A stretch of DNA of 62,986 bases from Anaerolineae bacterium (GTDB lineage: Bacteria; Chloroflexota; Anaerolineae; Anaerolineales; UBA6663): assembly GCA_037442085.1 (NCBI GenBank), contig JBBIQY010000006.1, positions 1 through 62,986 of the forward strand, in the 5' to 3' direction. Position numbers and translations under genes: made by a program. Each line of letters opens with the position of its first letter. Position 1 is the stretch's first letter. Positions 16,671 to 26,920 of this stretch are shown piece after piece. Below the pieces are notes generated by a model. That model was not told the origin of the DNA and did not search any database. It saw nothing but the letters and a program-made list of their open reading frames with translations.

Positions 16671-19170
16671 GACGCGGGGTGAGGGCGGTCGAGGGCAGTC
16701 GAACGCCCTGCGTTCGCGCGTTCGCAGCGTCAACGCCCTGCTCGTAGATGAACTGTGTCGCCTGCTCCACGTCCAGCGGGCGTGAGATGAGATAGCCCTG
16801 GCCCTGTTCACAACCCAAGCGCGTCACCCGCTCCAGCTGCTCGGGCGTTTCCAGGCCTTCCGCGATCACGCTCATTCCCAGATCGTGCGCCAGCGTGATG
16901 ATGGTGCGCACGATCTCGGCATTGTCGCCTTCCACGCCCATGCGCCAGATGAACGAGCGGTCAATCTTGAGCGTGTCTACGGGGAACCGATGCAGGTAAC
17001 TAAGCGATGAGTAACCGGTGCCGAAATCATCAATCTGCACCTGCACGCCCAGCGCACGCAACTGACTGAGCGTGGCGATGGACGCTTGTGCTTCCTCCAT
17101 GATGGCGCTTTCGGTAATTTCGAGTTTCAGGTGCTCCGCGCTCAGGCCGGTTGCGGCCAGCGTTTCGGCCACCTGTTGCGCCAGGCCCGCCTGCTTGAAC
17201 TGCCGGGCCGAGAGGTTGACGCTGATGGTAAAAGGCGGGTCGGGGTCGAAGCGTGTGTGCCACTCCGCCAGCTGGCGGCAGGCCTCGTGCAACACCCATT
17301 GCCCGATGAGCACAATCAGGCCCGTTTCTTCGGCCACCGGGATGAAGTCGCCGGGCGGCACGTTGCCGCGCTCCGGGTGTTGCCGGCGCAGCAGGGCCTC
17401 GAAGCCCGACAGTCTCCGGCGCTGCAAGTCCATGATCGGCTGATAGTGGAGGGAGAAATGCTGCCGCTCGAGGGCACGGCGTAGCTCGCTTTCCAGGTTT
17501 AGGCGCTGTATGGCGCGGGTGCGCATCTGCGCGTCGAAGACGGCGAAACGCGCCTTGCCCAGCGACTTGGCCTGGTACATGGCGATATCGGCGTCGCGCA
17601 GGACGTCATCGGCCTGGGTATATCCCAGACTGCTCAATACTACGCCGATGCTGGCCGAGATGAAGACGCGATGCTCATTCAGCTCGAACGGCTGCGCCAA
17701 CTGCGCCAGCACGCGCTCGGCGGCGGCGCCGGCGTCCTGCGGCTCGCGCACATCCTCCAACAGAATGACGAATTCATCGCCGCCCAACCGGGCCACGGTG
17801 TCGGCAGCGCGCAGGCCGCCTTCCAGCCGCCTGGCAATCTTTACCAGCAACCGGTCACCCAGCGTGTGGCCCAGGCTGTCGTTGACCACTCTGAAGCCAT
17901 CAAAATCCAGGAATAGGACGGCGAAGCCGTAGCCGGGGTAGCGGCGGGCGCGTTCCAGTGCGCGCCCCAGGCGGTCCATAAACAAGGCCCGGTTGGGCAG
18001 TTGGGTCAGCACGTCGTGCGTCGCCTCGTGTGACAGCCGCGCTTCACTTTGTCGCAAGTGCTCGTTGACCAGGGTCAGCTCGCGTGTGCGCTCCGCGACC
18101 CGCTGCTCCAGCTCCTCGTTCAGCCGCAGCAGCATCGCTTGAGCCTGTTGGCGTTCGTGCAGTTCGGACTGCAATTTCCGGGAGAGGCGTGTGGTCTCCC
18201 ACTGGGCGATCATCTGACGTCCCAACGTCAGGCTGAGGATCAAAGCAACCCCCAGCGCCACCTGCGCAAAGACAGTGTGATGTATGTGGTGCGCCAGGAC
18301 CAACAGGCCAAAGGCCAGGGCGACTGCCGAGTACGGCAGCACAACCCGCAGCACTTCGCTGCCGGGCAGCGACTCGGGCGGCGCTGCTGCCGGCCGCGGC
18401 GGGGCCGTCGCCTGCCACACCCCGGCTACCATTATCAGCACCGGCACGCCAAACCAACCCAGCTCCATCCAGTGTCCGCTGGAGTAACCGTTGCCCGTAA
18501 CCAGCACGCCATAAACCAAGTTGGCGCCGGCCTGGAGGATGAAGCTCAAGGTCAGCAACAAGATCGGCCCGCGCCGTTGCTGCACCAGCGGATGAAACAG
18601 CATGAACAGCGCGCTCCAACACAACGCCAGGTCACACAGCGGATAGATGATCGCCAACGCCAGTTCCTGGCTCGAGGCGTCATCCGCCTGCAGCACCGGG
18701 ATCAGCCAGAACATCCAAAAGATGAGCGCCGCCGACAAGACGGCGGTGCCCGTTTCCGAAAAGAGCTTGATCCGTTCGAGCCGCGGGACTGACTGGGCCG
18801 GCAGCAACACCACGCCGGCCAGCGCCAGCGCATACGCCGACAGAAAGAAGACATTCACCAGGGAGGGCGGCGAGCCTGCCAACCAGCTCGCCTCCGAGAC
18901 GCTCCAGATTGTTTCACCAACAGCAGAAAGCAGTGACCCTCCGGCAAAGAGCGACCAGTTCAACCCCAACCGGAGCTGACGGGCGTTGCGGGCTGCCCAG
19001 GCACAGGCGGTTGCACCGGCGAGCTTGAACAGCGGCAACAGCCCATTGCTGGCCCAAACACGTTCCGGGGCGGGTAGGATGGCAAACAGGCTGGCGACGA
19101 GCAGCAAAGCACCCCCACCGACCAGAACGGCGCAGCGTAGTGTGCGTCCCTGAGCCCTGTTGATCACCAT
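16663..19170 (-). CDS. Membrane-bound diguanylate cyclase/phosphodiesterase (multi-TM, coiled coil, GGDEF, EAL)
   Basis: HDVLTQLPNR, RAADTVARLGGDEF (RxxD I-site present), GFEALLR, IDDFGTGYSSL, LKIDRSF. Start uncertain (19170 or 19206). Confidence 0.93.
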   Translation of the reverse strand: MVINRAQGRTLRCAVLVGGGALLLVASLFAILPAPERVWASNGLLPLFKLAGATACAWAARNARQLRLGLNWSLFAGGSLLSAVGETIWSVSEASWLAGSPPSLVNVFFLSAYALALAGVVLLPAQSVPRLERIKLFSETGTAVLSAALIFWMFWLIPVLQADDASSQELALAIIYPLCDLALCWSALFMLFHPLVQQRRGPILLLTLSFILQAGANLVYGVLVTGNGYSSGHWMELGWFGVPVLIMVAGVWQATAPPRPAAAPPESLPGSEVLRVVLPYSAVALAFGLLVLAHHIHHTVFAQVALGVALILSLTLGRQMIAQWETTRLSRKLQSELHERQQAQAMLLRLNEELEQRVAERTRELTLVNEHLRQSEARLSHEATHDVLTQLPNRALFMDRLGRALERARRYPGYGFAVLFLDFDGFRVVNDSLGHTLGDRLLVKIARRLEGGLRAADTVARLGGDEFVILLEDVREPQDAGAAAERVLAQLAQPFELNEHRVFISASIGVVLSSLGYTQADDVLRDADIAMYQAKSLGKARFAVFDAQMRTRAIQRLNLESELRRALERQHFSLHYQPIMDLQRRRLSGFEALLRRQHPERGNVPPGDFIPVAEETGLIVLIGQWVLHEACRQLAEWHTRFDPDPPFTISVNLSARQFKQAGLAQQVAETLAATGLSAEHLKLEITESAIMEEAQASIATLSQLRALGVQVQIDDFGTGYSSLSYLHRFPVDTLKIDRSFIWRMGVEGDNAEIVRTIITLAHDLGMSVIAEGLETPEQLERVTRLGCEQGQGYLISRPLDVEQATQFIYEQGVDAANARTQGVRLPSTALTPRLS

Positions 19171-19302
19171 GCTCAAGAAGTACCTCTTCAACCCGGACGT
19201 AACCAAAGGGTGCGGGCGCCGTCGTCCGGCTCAAGCGTAACAGGCTTGAGCGTAAAAATTCAGGGGAAAGGGTTGGGGTTGGTTGGGGGAAGCGTGCCCT
19301 GG

Positions 19303-22300
19303 CTAGGTCTTTGCGCTGTCGCGTTCGCTGCGCGCCTTTTTCTTGGCGAGCAAGGCAGCCGAGGTGGAGGTGGCCGAGGTGTTCGGGGCGGTAGGCGTCG
19401 GCGCACTGGGTTGGCGGGGAACGTTAGCGATTGAAATGGCTGGCGGCTTTGGCGCAGCGGGCGGTGTGGTGGTGACAATCGGCGGCGGCTCGGCAGGGCG
19501 CGGCGCCGCCTCGCCCGCACGCTCCTTGGCCCTGAACAAGGGCGACAACTGCTGCGCCCGCTGTGGCGCCGTTTGCGGTTGCGGCGCGCGAATCGCAAGA
19601 AAGGCCAGCAGGCGCGCCCAGGCCCGCTGCAGGTCGTAACGCGAGATCACAACGCGACGCACGGCGATGTCGAACGGCAGCAGCAGCGTCGCCAGCAGCA
19701 ACAGCCAGGGCCAGATGGGCTGAACGGCGCCGGGCGGCGGCGGCAAATCGTGCGCAAAGACGCGGGCGTACTCGCCCACGACGCTGCCGCCGCCGGTGGC
19801 CCGCGCCAGTTGCAGCAGAAAGCGCACATTCGCCGGGTCGGCGGCGGCCGCTTCTTCAGGGGACAGTGCAATCCGGTATTCGGGCGAATACGAGAGCACC
19901 CAACCCGTTGTCTGCGCTACACGGGCCGATGTTTCGCCTGCCGCCCCCGCTGCGCCGGGATCGTTGCCTGCGACCCGGATCAGGTAAGCGCCAGCCTCTG
20001 TCGGCGCGAAGTTGCCGGTGTACCGGCCCGGTGCGCTCTGCGTGAGCGTGATGGCCTGCGTCGTCCCGTCCGGGCCGATCACGTTAGCCTGCATGCTCAG
20101 CCCGTTGAGGAACGCACCCTGCTCCGACCTGGCGTCCACGGCGAGAGTCGCGGTCTCGCCCTGTTGGCTGATGCGCACATCGGTCGTGGACTGCGCCCCC
20201 TCGCTCAGCGTGTAACGCACCGCCTGCGCCCAGAAGCGCGCGAACTGATCCCAGGCCACCCAGTTCTGCGCCCAGCGCCCGGTCGCGTCGCTCGTCCAGG
20301 CCACGCTCCTGCCCAGGCCGTATTGCCAGGCCGCCAGGATCGGGTCCGGCTGATCGGGGTTCGGGCTGTCCGGGTTGACGAGGATGACCTGCGCTGCGCT
20401 CTTCGCCGTCACGCCGACGTAGCCGAGCAGCTTCGGCGCCGATTCGATGCCCTGCAGAATTGGGCTGGGGCTGGATTGGCGTGGGAAGAATTCCTGCTCC
20501 ACGATATACGAGCGCGTCGCCAGCGTCACCTCCTCGGCGAAGATACTGGGGATGGTCGAGGGATCGTCGGTGAAGTGATAGAGGCCGCCGCCCTCGCGGG
20601 CCAGGTCGGCCAGGAGGGACACGTCGGCGCCCTGGCCCACGGCGACGGACGAGAGCGTGATGCCCTCTTCCTGATTCATCTGGCGCACCAGCTCGGCGAT
20701 GCCGGTGGGGTCGGCGATGCCGTCGGTGAGCAGGATGATGTGCCTGACCGCCGCGTCGTCCTGCGGCAGCGACTGCGAGGCGAGGCGCACACCGGCCATG
20801 ATATCGGTGCCGCCGTCGGCGCGGATGGTGCCGATCCGGTTGATGATGCTGTCCGGGTTGTCCAGCGGCGAGATGGGCACGACCCAGGCGGCAGTATCGT
20901 CGAAGGCAATCACGCCGACCTTATCCATCGGGCTGAGCAATTCAATCGAGCGGGCGGCGGCCTCCTTGGCGAGGTCCATCTTTTGCACGCCGCCGCTCAC
21001 TTCGCTCATGCTGCCGGACTTGTCAATGATGAAGACCAGGGTGAGGCGTGCACGGCGCTTCTCGTCCTTGATCTCCATATCCACCGGCAGCACGCGTTCG
21101 AGCGGCGTATTGAAGTAACCGCCCACGCCGAAGGAGGTCGGCCCGCCTACGGCGACCAGGCCGCCGCCCAGATCGCGAACGTAGGTCTCCAGCGCCGTCA
21201 TCTGCCGTTGAGAAAGTTGCCGCGCCGGCACATCCACCAGGATCACGGCAGCATACTCCGCCAGCGCCGGTAACTCGGAGGGCAGGCTGCCCGGCTCGAT
21301 GGTGTCCACCTGCAAGCCCGTCTCCCGCAGGGCGCGCAGCAGCTCCTCGTAGCCGGCCACGCCGTCGCGCGGTCGCGGGTTGGTCACCAGCAGCAGACGC
21401 GCCGGCCCTTCGATTTGTGAGAAGGCGGCCAACTCGTTGTTCTGATAGAAAGTATCCGCCTGGGGGGCCGGGCTGATTTGCACGCGATAAGCGCTGAAGC
21501 CGGGAGCGCCGGCCTTGAGCGGGAGGGCGAAGGCGTTCGGGCCGCGCCGCAGATCGAGCTGGCCCTCGTAAGCCACCTCGGCGCCGGCCAGGACGCGCAC
21601 GCCTACCTGCTGGTTGGCGGTCGAGTCGATCTTCACCTCCAGCGCGAACGCCTCGCCCTGGCGCAGCCGGGTCGGCGCTTTGACCGAGGTGATGAGGGCC
21701 TCCGCGCCGCCGGTGACATTGAACGGCACGACGACGATCTGTGTGCCGGAGGCCGCCGCCAGCCGCGCGGCTTCGAGCGCGTCGCCGGAGGTCTCCAGCC
21801 CGTCGGAGAGAAGGACGAGGCGGCGGGCGGTGTCGGTGGGCAGCAACGCCAGCCCGAGGCGGATCGCGCCGGCGATGTCGGTCTGAATGCTTGTCACGAC
21901 CGAGGTCGGCGTTTCCAGTTGACGGCTCGTGGAGAGCGGACGCTCCACCACCGCATCGCCGCCGAAGAGGATGACGCCGGCCTGATCGTCCGGGCCCATC
22001 TCCTGCAGCGCGCGGCGCACGTACTCCAGCGCCAGCTGGCGCGGCGTGGTCGGGATGTTGCCGATGGTGATCGGCACGGTCATCGAGTCCGAGCTATCCA
22101 CCAGGAACACGACGGAGAGCGTGCTGGACGCGCGGCGCACCTCCAGCCCCGCCAGCCCCAGGATCAGCAGCAGCGCCATGAGCAGGCGCAGGATGAGGCT
22201 GACGGTCTCCCGCCGCCGGCTTGGGCCGCGCGAGGGCCAGCCCAGCCACACTATCAGCGGCAGGGCGAGGAGCAACAGGAGGAAGAGGGGAGAGCTAAAG

Positions 22301-22305
22301 CTCAT
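19303..22305 (-). CDS. Membrane protein with BatA-like N-terminus, two VWA domains and a split glutamine-amidotransferase-like domain
   Basis: FSSPLFLLLL start; MIDAS DSSDS and DKSGS; GGGLVAVGGPTSFGVGGY; WQYGLGRSVAWTSD; C-terminal TM and Pro-rich tail. Confidence 0.88.
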   Translation of the reverse strand: MSFSSPLFLLLLLALPLIVWLGWPSRGPSRRRETVSLILRLLMALLLILGLAGLEVRRASSTLSVVFLVDSSDSMTVPITIGNIPTTPRQLALEYVRRALQEMGPDDQAGVILFGGDAVVERPLSTSRQLETPTSVVTSIQTDIAGAIRLGLALLPTDTARRLVLLSDGLETSGDALEAARLAAASGTQIVVVPFNVTGGAEALITSVKAPTRLRQGEAFALEVKIDSTANQQVGVRVLAGAEVAYEGQLDLRRGPNAFALPLKAGAPGFSAYRVQISPAPQADTFYQNNELAAFSQIEGPARLLLVTNPRPRDGVAGYEELLRALRETGLQVDTIEPGSLPSELPALAEYAAVILVDVPARQLSQRQMTALETYVRDLGGGLVAVGGPTSFGVGGYFNTPLERVLPVDMEIKDEKRRARLTLVFIIDKSGSMSEVSGGVQKMDLAKEAAARSIELLSPMDKVGVIAFDDTAAWVVPISPLDNPDSIINRIGTIRADGGTDIMAGVRLASQSLPQDDAAVRHIILLTDGIADPTGIAELVRQMNQEEGITLSSVAVGQGADVSLLADLAREGGGLYHFTDDPSTIPSIFAEEVTLATRSYIVEQEFFPRQSSPSPILQGIESAPKLLGYVGVTAKSAAQVILVNPDSPNPDQPDPILAAWQYGLGRSVAWTSDATGRWAQNWVAWDQFARFWAQAVRYTLSEGAQSTTDVRISQQGETATLAVDARSEQGAFLNGLSMQANVIGPDGTTQAITLTQSAPGRYTGNFAPTEAGAYLIRVAGNDPGAAGAAGETSARVAQTTGWVLSYSPEYRIALSPEEAAAADPANVRFLLQLARATGGGSVVGEYARVFAHDLPPPPGAVQPIWPWLLLLATLLLPFDIAVRRVVISRYDLQRAWARLLAFLAIRAPQPQTAPQRAQQLSPLFRAKERAGEAAPRPAEPPPIVTTTPPAAPKPPAISIANVPRQPSAPTPTAPNTSATSTSAALLAKKKARSERDSAKT

Positions 22306-22390
22306 GGACGATTACTGGGTCGCTGATCGTACTGAGGGCACTGAAAGCGACCGTTGGCCCGTCGAGGCCCTTCGCCATTGCGAAGGCCGC

Positions 22391-22753
22391 TCACACCCGT
22401 ATCCGACCGCCCACGACGAGGCCCACCGCGAACATCGCCGCCAGACCGGCGTAAGTCGAGAACGCGAAGGCCAGTGCGGCGAAGAGCATCACCGCCGCCG
22501 GGGCCAGCAGACGGCGCAGCGGCGAGCCGCCGCCCCCGATCTCTGCCAGCGCGGCGGTCTGCGATTTCTCCACGATTTCAGCGACGCCCTGGGTCAGTTT
22601 ATCGCGCAAGGCTCGCTGTTCGCGCTCCCGCTCCAGCCGGCGCGCAAAGCGATATTGGATCCAACTCCCCACATAACCCCCGATGATGCCAAAGACCAGG
22701 CTGATCAGGCCTTGGATGATAAGTTGAAGCATCGCCTCACTCAGGTTGTCCAT
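22391..22753 (-). CDS. Small hypothetical membrane protein inserted in the VWA operon
   Basis: AAGGAG RBS; N-terminal TM, charged helix, C-terminal hydrophobic hairpin. Confidence 0.7.
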   Translation of the reverse strand: MDNLSEAMLQLIIQGLISLVFGIIGGYVGSWIQYRFARRLEREREQRALRDKLTQGVAEIVEKSQTAALAEIGGGGSPLRRLLAPAAVMLFAALAFAFSTYAGLAAMFAVGLVVGGRIRV

Positions 22754-22867
22754 GATCGTCTCCTTTTGCTGCCGCCGGTCTGGCGCACGGATCGCTGCTG
22801 GGGACGTTCAACCAAAGTCATCTTCGTCGGGCTCCAAACTCAACCTGCTTGATGACGCCGGCCAGGT

Positions 22868-24775
22868 CTAAGTGGCACTGCGCTTTCGACGCAGCCATCC
22901 CCAGACCCCCGGCGCGGCGGGCAGGGTTGGGCCGCGCTGGTAAATCCACCATTCGAGCAGGAGCAGGCCGAACGCGGCCAGCGCCAGCCACGGCCAGATT
23001 TCGAGCTGGCCCGTCTCCTGGCGCGGCGTCGCGGCGATGTCGGCGCGGCCCACGGTGATGGTCGCCGCCGGGCGGATGTCGCTCTCTGCCGGGTTGAACA
23101 GGTTCACGGCGAAGTTGCCCAGCACCGCTTGATTGGACACGACAGTGTACACGCCGAGCCGGTCGCTGTTGGTGAAGAGCACGCCGGCCTCGGTGGCTGC
23201 CGCCGCAAAACGCACACCACTCGGGTCATCAATGGCGATGGCCGCATCGCCGCCGCGCGGTTTGATCAGCAACGTCTCGCCGGGGCGCAGACCGTCGGGC
23301 GCGGAGAAGGTCTGCGCGGGCGCCAAATAGTTGATCAGGTTCGACATCAGCACCGGGTAAGCCAACTGCAACGGCAGGTCGCTGTCTTGCAGGCGGAAGG
23401 TGAGGACGGCGACGCGCCGCCCGCCCGTCTCGCCGGCGAAAACCAGCGGCCCGCCTTCGGCCTCGACCAGCACCCGTGCCCAGACCGGCACGGCCACGCG
23501 CTTCGCCTGCAATACGCTCACGCCGCTCCAATCGAGGAATTGCGTCAGCCGGTCGTTCTGCGCGACGCGCACCAGTTTCGTATTGGTGAACGTCTCGCCG
23601 ACGCTGAAGAGCGTGCTGGTAAGCGGGTTGATGATGAGCAATTCCGCGCGCGGCAGCGGCGTCGTCTCGGTTATGCTATCGTACACATACAGGTCGAACG
23701 GGTCTTCGGGCAAGGGCTCAGTCGGCGAGGCGCGGAAGGGCTGGAGGCCGGGCAACGCCGTGAGCATTTGCTCGAGGAAGATGTTGCCAGGCGAGATCAC
23801 CAGCACACGGCCCGAGGTCGGCGGCTGATAGACGGCCCAGGCCGTGTCGTCAAGCGGGAGCGAGTCCAGCGGCGCGCCCTCGACCGCGCCGGGCGCGCTC
23901 AGCTTTGCTTCGTAGATCGCGGGCGCGTCCGGCAGGTCGGTGAGGATCAAGTCTTTCGAAGTGCGGGCCGGGACGGTGACCTGCTGGGCGCTGAAGAACT
24001 GGCCGTCGCGCGAGAGGGAGAGGATGACGGCGCGATCCGCGTCGCCATAATTGACGAGGCGCGCAAACAGCTGCGGGCCGTCGCCCGTGGGCCGCAACGA
24101 GAGCGCATCCAGGGCCAGGTTATCGGCACTGACGCCGAGGGGCACGTAGCGCACGTCGCCGGGCAGCGGCGGAAGAGTCCGTGGCAGGCCGCCGTCGGAG
24201 ACGATGACGATGCGCGTCTCGTTGAGCAGGCCGGCTCGCGCTGCGCCGCCCGCCAGGGCGAAGGCCGCCTCCCAGTCCGAGGGGCCGTGTGTCGCCGTCG
24301 CCGCGTTCAGAGCGTTGCGCAAGGTTTCCTTGTCGGCGCTGGCCGAGACCAGCACGACGGGCTGCCGCCCCACGAGGATCAGCGACATGCGGCTGTCGGC
24401 GGCCAGGCCATCAATCAGCTCGTGCACGCCGGCCTTGGCCGCCTCGAAGCGCGTCGGTTGAAGGTCGGTTGCGTTCATCGAGGCCGAGGCGTCGAGCAGG
24501 ACGATCAGTGTGCCGCGCGCTACGGTCGGCACCGCCAGGAAGGGGCGGGCCAGCGCGCTGACGAGCAACGCCAGCAGCAGCAGTTGCAGCAGCAACAGCA
24601 GGTTGCGCTTGAGACGTTGCCAGGGCGCGTTGGCCTCGCGGTCGCGCAACAGCAACTGCCACAGCAGCACCGACGAGACCCTAACTTCCTGCCGCCTCAG
24701 CTTGAGCATGTACAAGATGAGGATGGGGACAGCGAGCAGGCCGAGGGCAAGAAAGAGGGGGGTGAGGAGAGCCAT
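22868..24775 (-). CDS. BatA-domain VWA protein
   Basis: LLAVPILILYML..VSSVLLW..LLLLLQLLLLALLVSALARP (BatA-like); MIDAS DASAS; FAVNLFNPAESDI; C-terminal WPWL..LEWW TM. Confidence 0.9.
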   Translation of the reverse strand: MALLTPLFLALGLLAVPILILYMLKLRRQEVRVSSVLLWQLLLRDREANAPWQRLKRNLLLLLQLLLLALLVSALARPFLAVPTVARGTLIVLLDASASMNATDLQPTRFEAAKAGVHELIDGLAADSRMSLILVGRQPVVLVSASADKETLRNALNAATATHGPSDWEAAFALAGGAARAGLLNETRIVIVSDGGLPRTLPPLPGDVRYVPLGVSADNLALDALSLRPTGDGPQLFARLVNYGDADRAVILSLSRDGQFFSAQQVTVPARTSKDLILTDLPDAPAIYEAKLSAPGAVEGAPLDSLPLDDTAWAVYQPPTSGRVLVISPGNIFLEQMLTALPGLQPFRASPTEPLPEDPFDLYVYDSITETTPLPRAELLIINPLTSTLFSVGETFTNTKLVRVAQNDRLTQFLDWSGVSVLQAKRVAVPVWARVLVEAEGGPLVFAGETGGRRVAVLTFRLQDSDLPLQLAYPVLMSNLINYLAPAQTFSAPDGLRPGETLLIKPRGGDAAIAIDDPSGVRFAAAATEAGVLFTNSDRLGVYTVVSNQAVLGNFAVNLFNPAESDIRPAATITVGRADIAATPRQETGQLEIWPWLALAAFGLLLLEWWIYQRGPTLPAAPGVWGWLRRKRSAT

Positions 24776-24779
24776 AGGG

Positions 24780-24850
24780 TCAGACTGCAGACGGTAGACC
24801 GCTGACCGCCGTCATCCGTCCGCGGGCTGCGGTCTGTAGTCGGCCGTCAT
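24780..24850. repeat. Intergenic 7-nt tandem repeats with inverted arms
   Basis: cagactg cagacgg tagaccg ctgaccg ... gcggtctgtagtcgg. Confidence 0.7.
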
Positions 24851-25728
24851 TTGATCAACCCTCTTCGTCGCAGTTGGTGCAACACCAACTCATCCCAGGC
24901 GGTCGCTGTGGAGATGGGCACGTAGTTGATGCGACGCTTGAGACAATAGGCCTCGATCTCGTCGCGCCAGCGCTGAACGCGCCGGCGGTAGCTCTCGCGC
25001 AGGCTACCGTCCAGGGTGATGTCCTGTGGCGCGCCCGTCTCCGAGTCGATCAGGCGCAAATCGCCGGCCAGCGGCGGATCCAACTCTTCCGGCGCGAGCA
25101 GGTGCAGCAGCGTCATCTCGTAGCCCCGGCCCTGCATCTGCGCCAGGCCGTCCTGGTAACCGTCCGGCGCGAACAGGTCGGAGATCAGGAAGGCCAGGCC
25201 GGGCCGTTGCGCCGTGAGCGCATAGGTGCGCAGCGCTGCGTTCAGCGCCGTCAAACCCTGCGGCGTTTGCGCCTCGAGGAAGCGCAGCAGGCGCACCGCC
25301 TGCCTGCGCCCACGCGCCGGGCCGAACTGTGCGGCGGCGGCCTCGCCCTCGAGCACGACGAGCGAAAGCCGGTCGCCGGCGGCCAGCGCAATGTAACCGA
25401 GGGCGCCGGCCAGCCGCTGGGCATAGCGGAACTTGTGCGCCTCACCCTCGCCGTATTCCATCGAGCGCGAGGCGTCTACCAGCACGTGCACGGCCAGGTC
25501 TTCTTCCTCCTCCAGCAACTTGATGAACGGGCGCTCCAGTCGGGCAAGCACGTTCCAATCTACGCGCCGCAGATCGTCGCCGCGCACGTAGTTGCGGTAA
25601 TCGGCGAACTCGATGGAGGTGCCGCGCTTCGTCGAGCGCCGCTCGCCCTTGATGGCTCCGGCGCGCACCTGCGCCGCAACCAGCGCCAGACGGTCCAGTT
25701 TGCGGAGGGTGGTTTCGGAAAAGACCAC
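24847..25728 (-). CDS. DUF58 domain protein (MoxR-associated)
   Basis: GERRSTKRGTSIEFADYRNYVRGDDLRRVDWN, VDASRSM, ISDLF. Confidence 0.95.
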   Translation of the reverse strand: MVFSETTLRKLDRLALVAAQVRAGAIKGERRSTKRGTSIEFADYRNYVRGDDLRRVDWNVLARLERPFIKLLEEEEDLAVHVLVDASRSMEYGEGEAHKFRYAQRLAGALGYIALAAGDRLSLVVLEGEAAAAQFGPARGRRQAVRLLRFLEAQTPQGLTALNAALRTYALTAQRPGLAFLISDLFAPDGYQDGLAQMQGRGYEMTLLHLLAPEELDPPLAGDLRLIDSETGAPQDITLDGSLRESYRRRVQRWRDEIEAYCLKRRINYVPISTATAWDELVLHQLRRRGLIK

Positions 25729-25826
25729 GCGCTAGAAATCCAAGCCTCGAATTGCGCGAATGCTCTCGAAGCTTTCGCTCAATGCGCACAATGCGGAGCA
25801 GATCGCGGCGCACATCCGAAAAGCGT

Positions 25827-26846
<1,020 letters not shown>

Positions 26847-26920
26847 GTCCATTTCCTCTGGATTCTCACCCAGACGCGAAGCACGCTGCGCGCTCTCGGC
26901 GGCCGGATGAGCCAACTCGT

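Noticed and set aside
17380-17402. EALLRR instead of the usual EALLRW as evidence of an inactive phosphodiesterase
   Set aside because: It is a single substitution at a non-catalytic position; the EAL, DDFGTGYSS, KID and EG motifs are intact.
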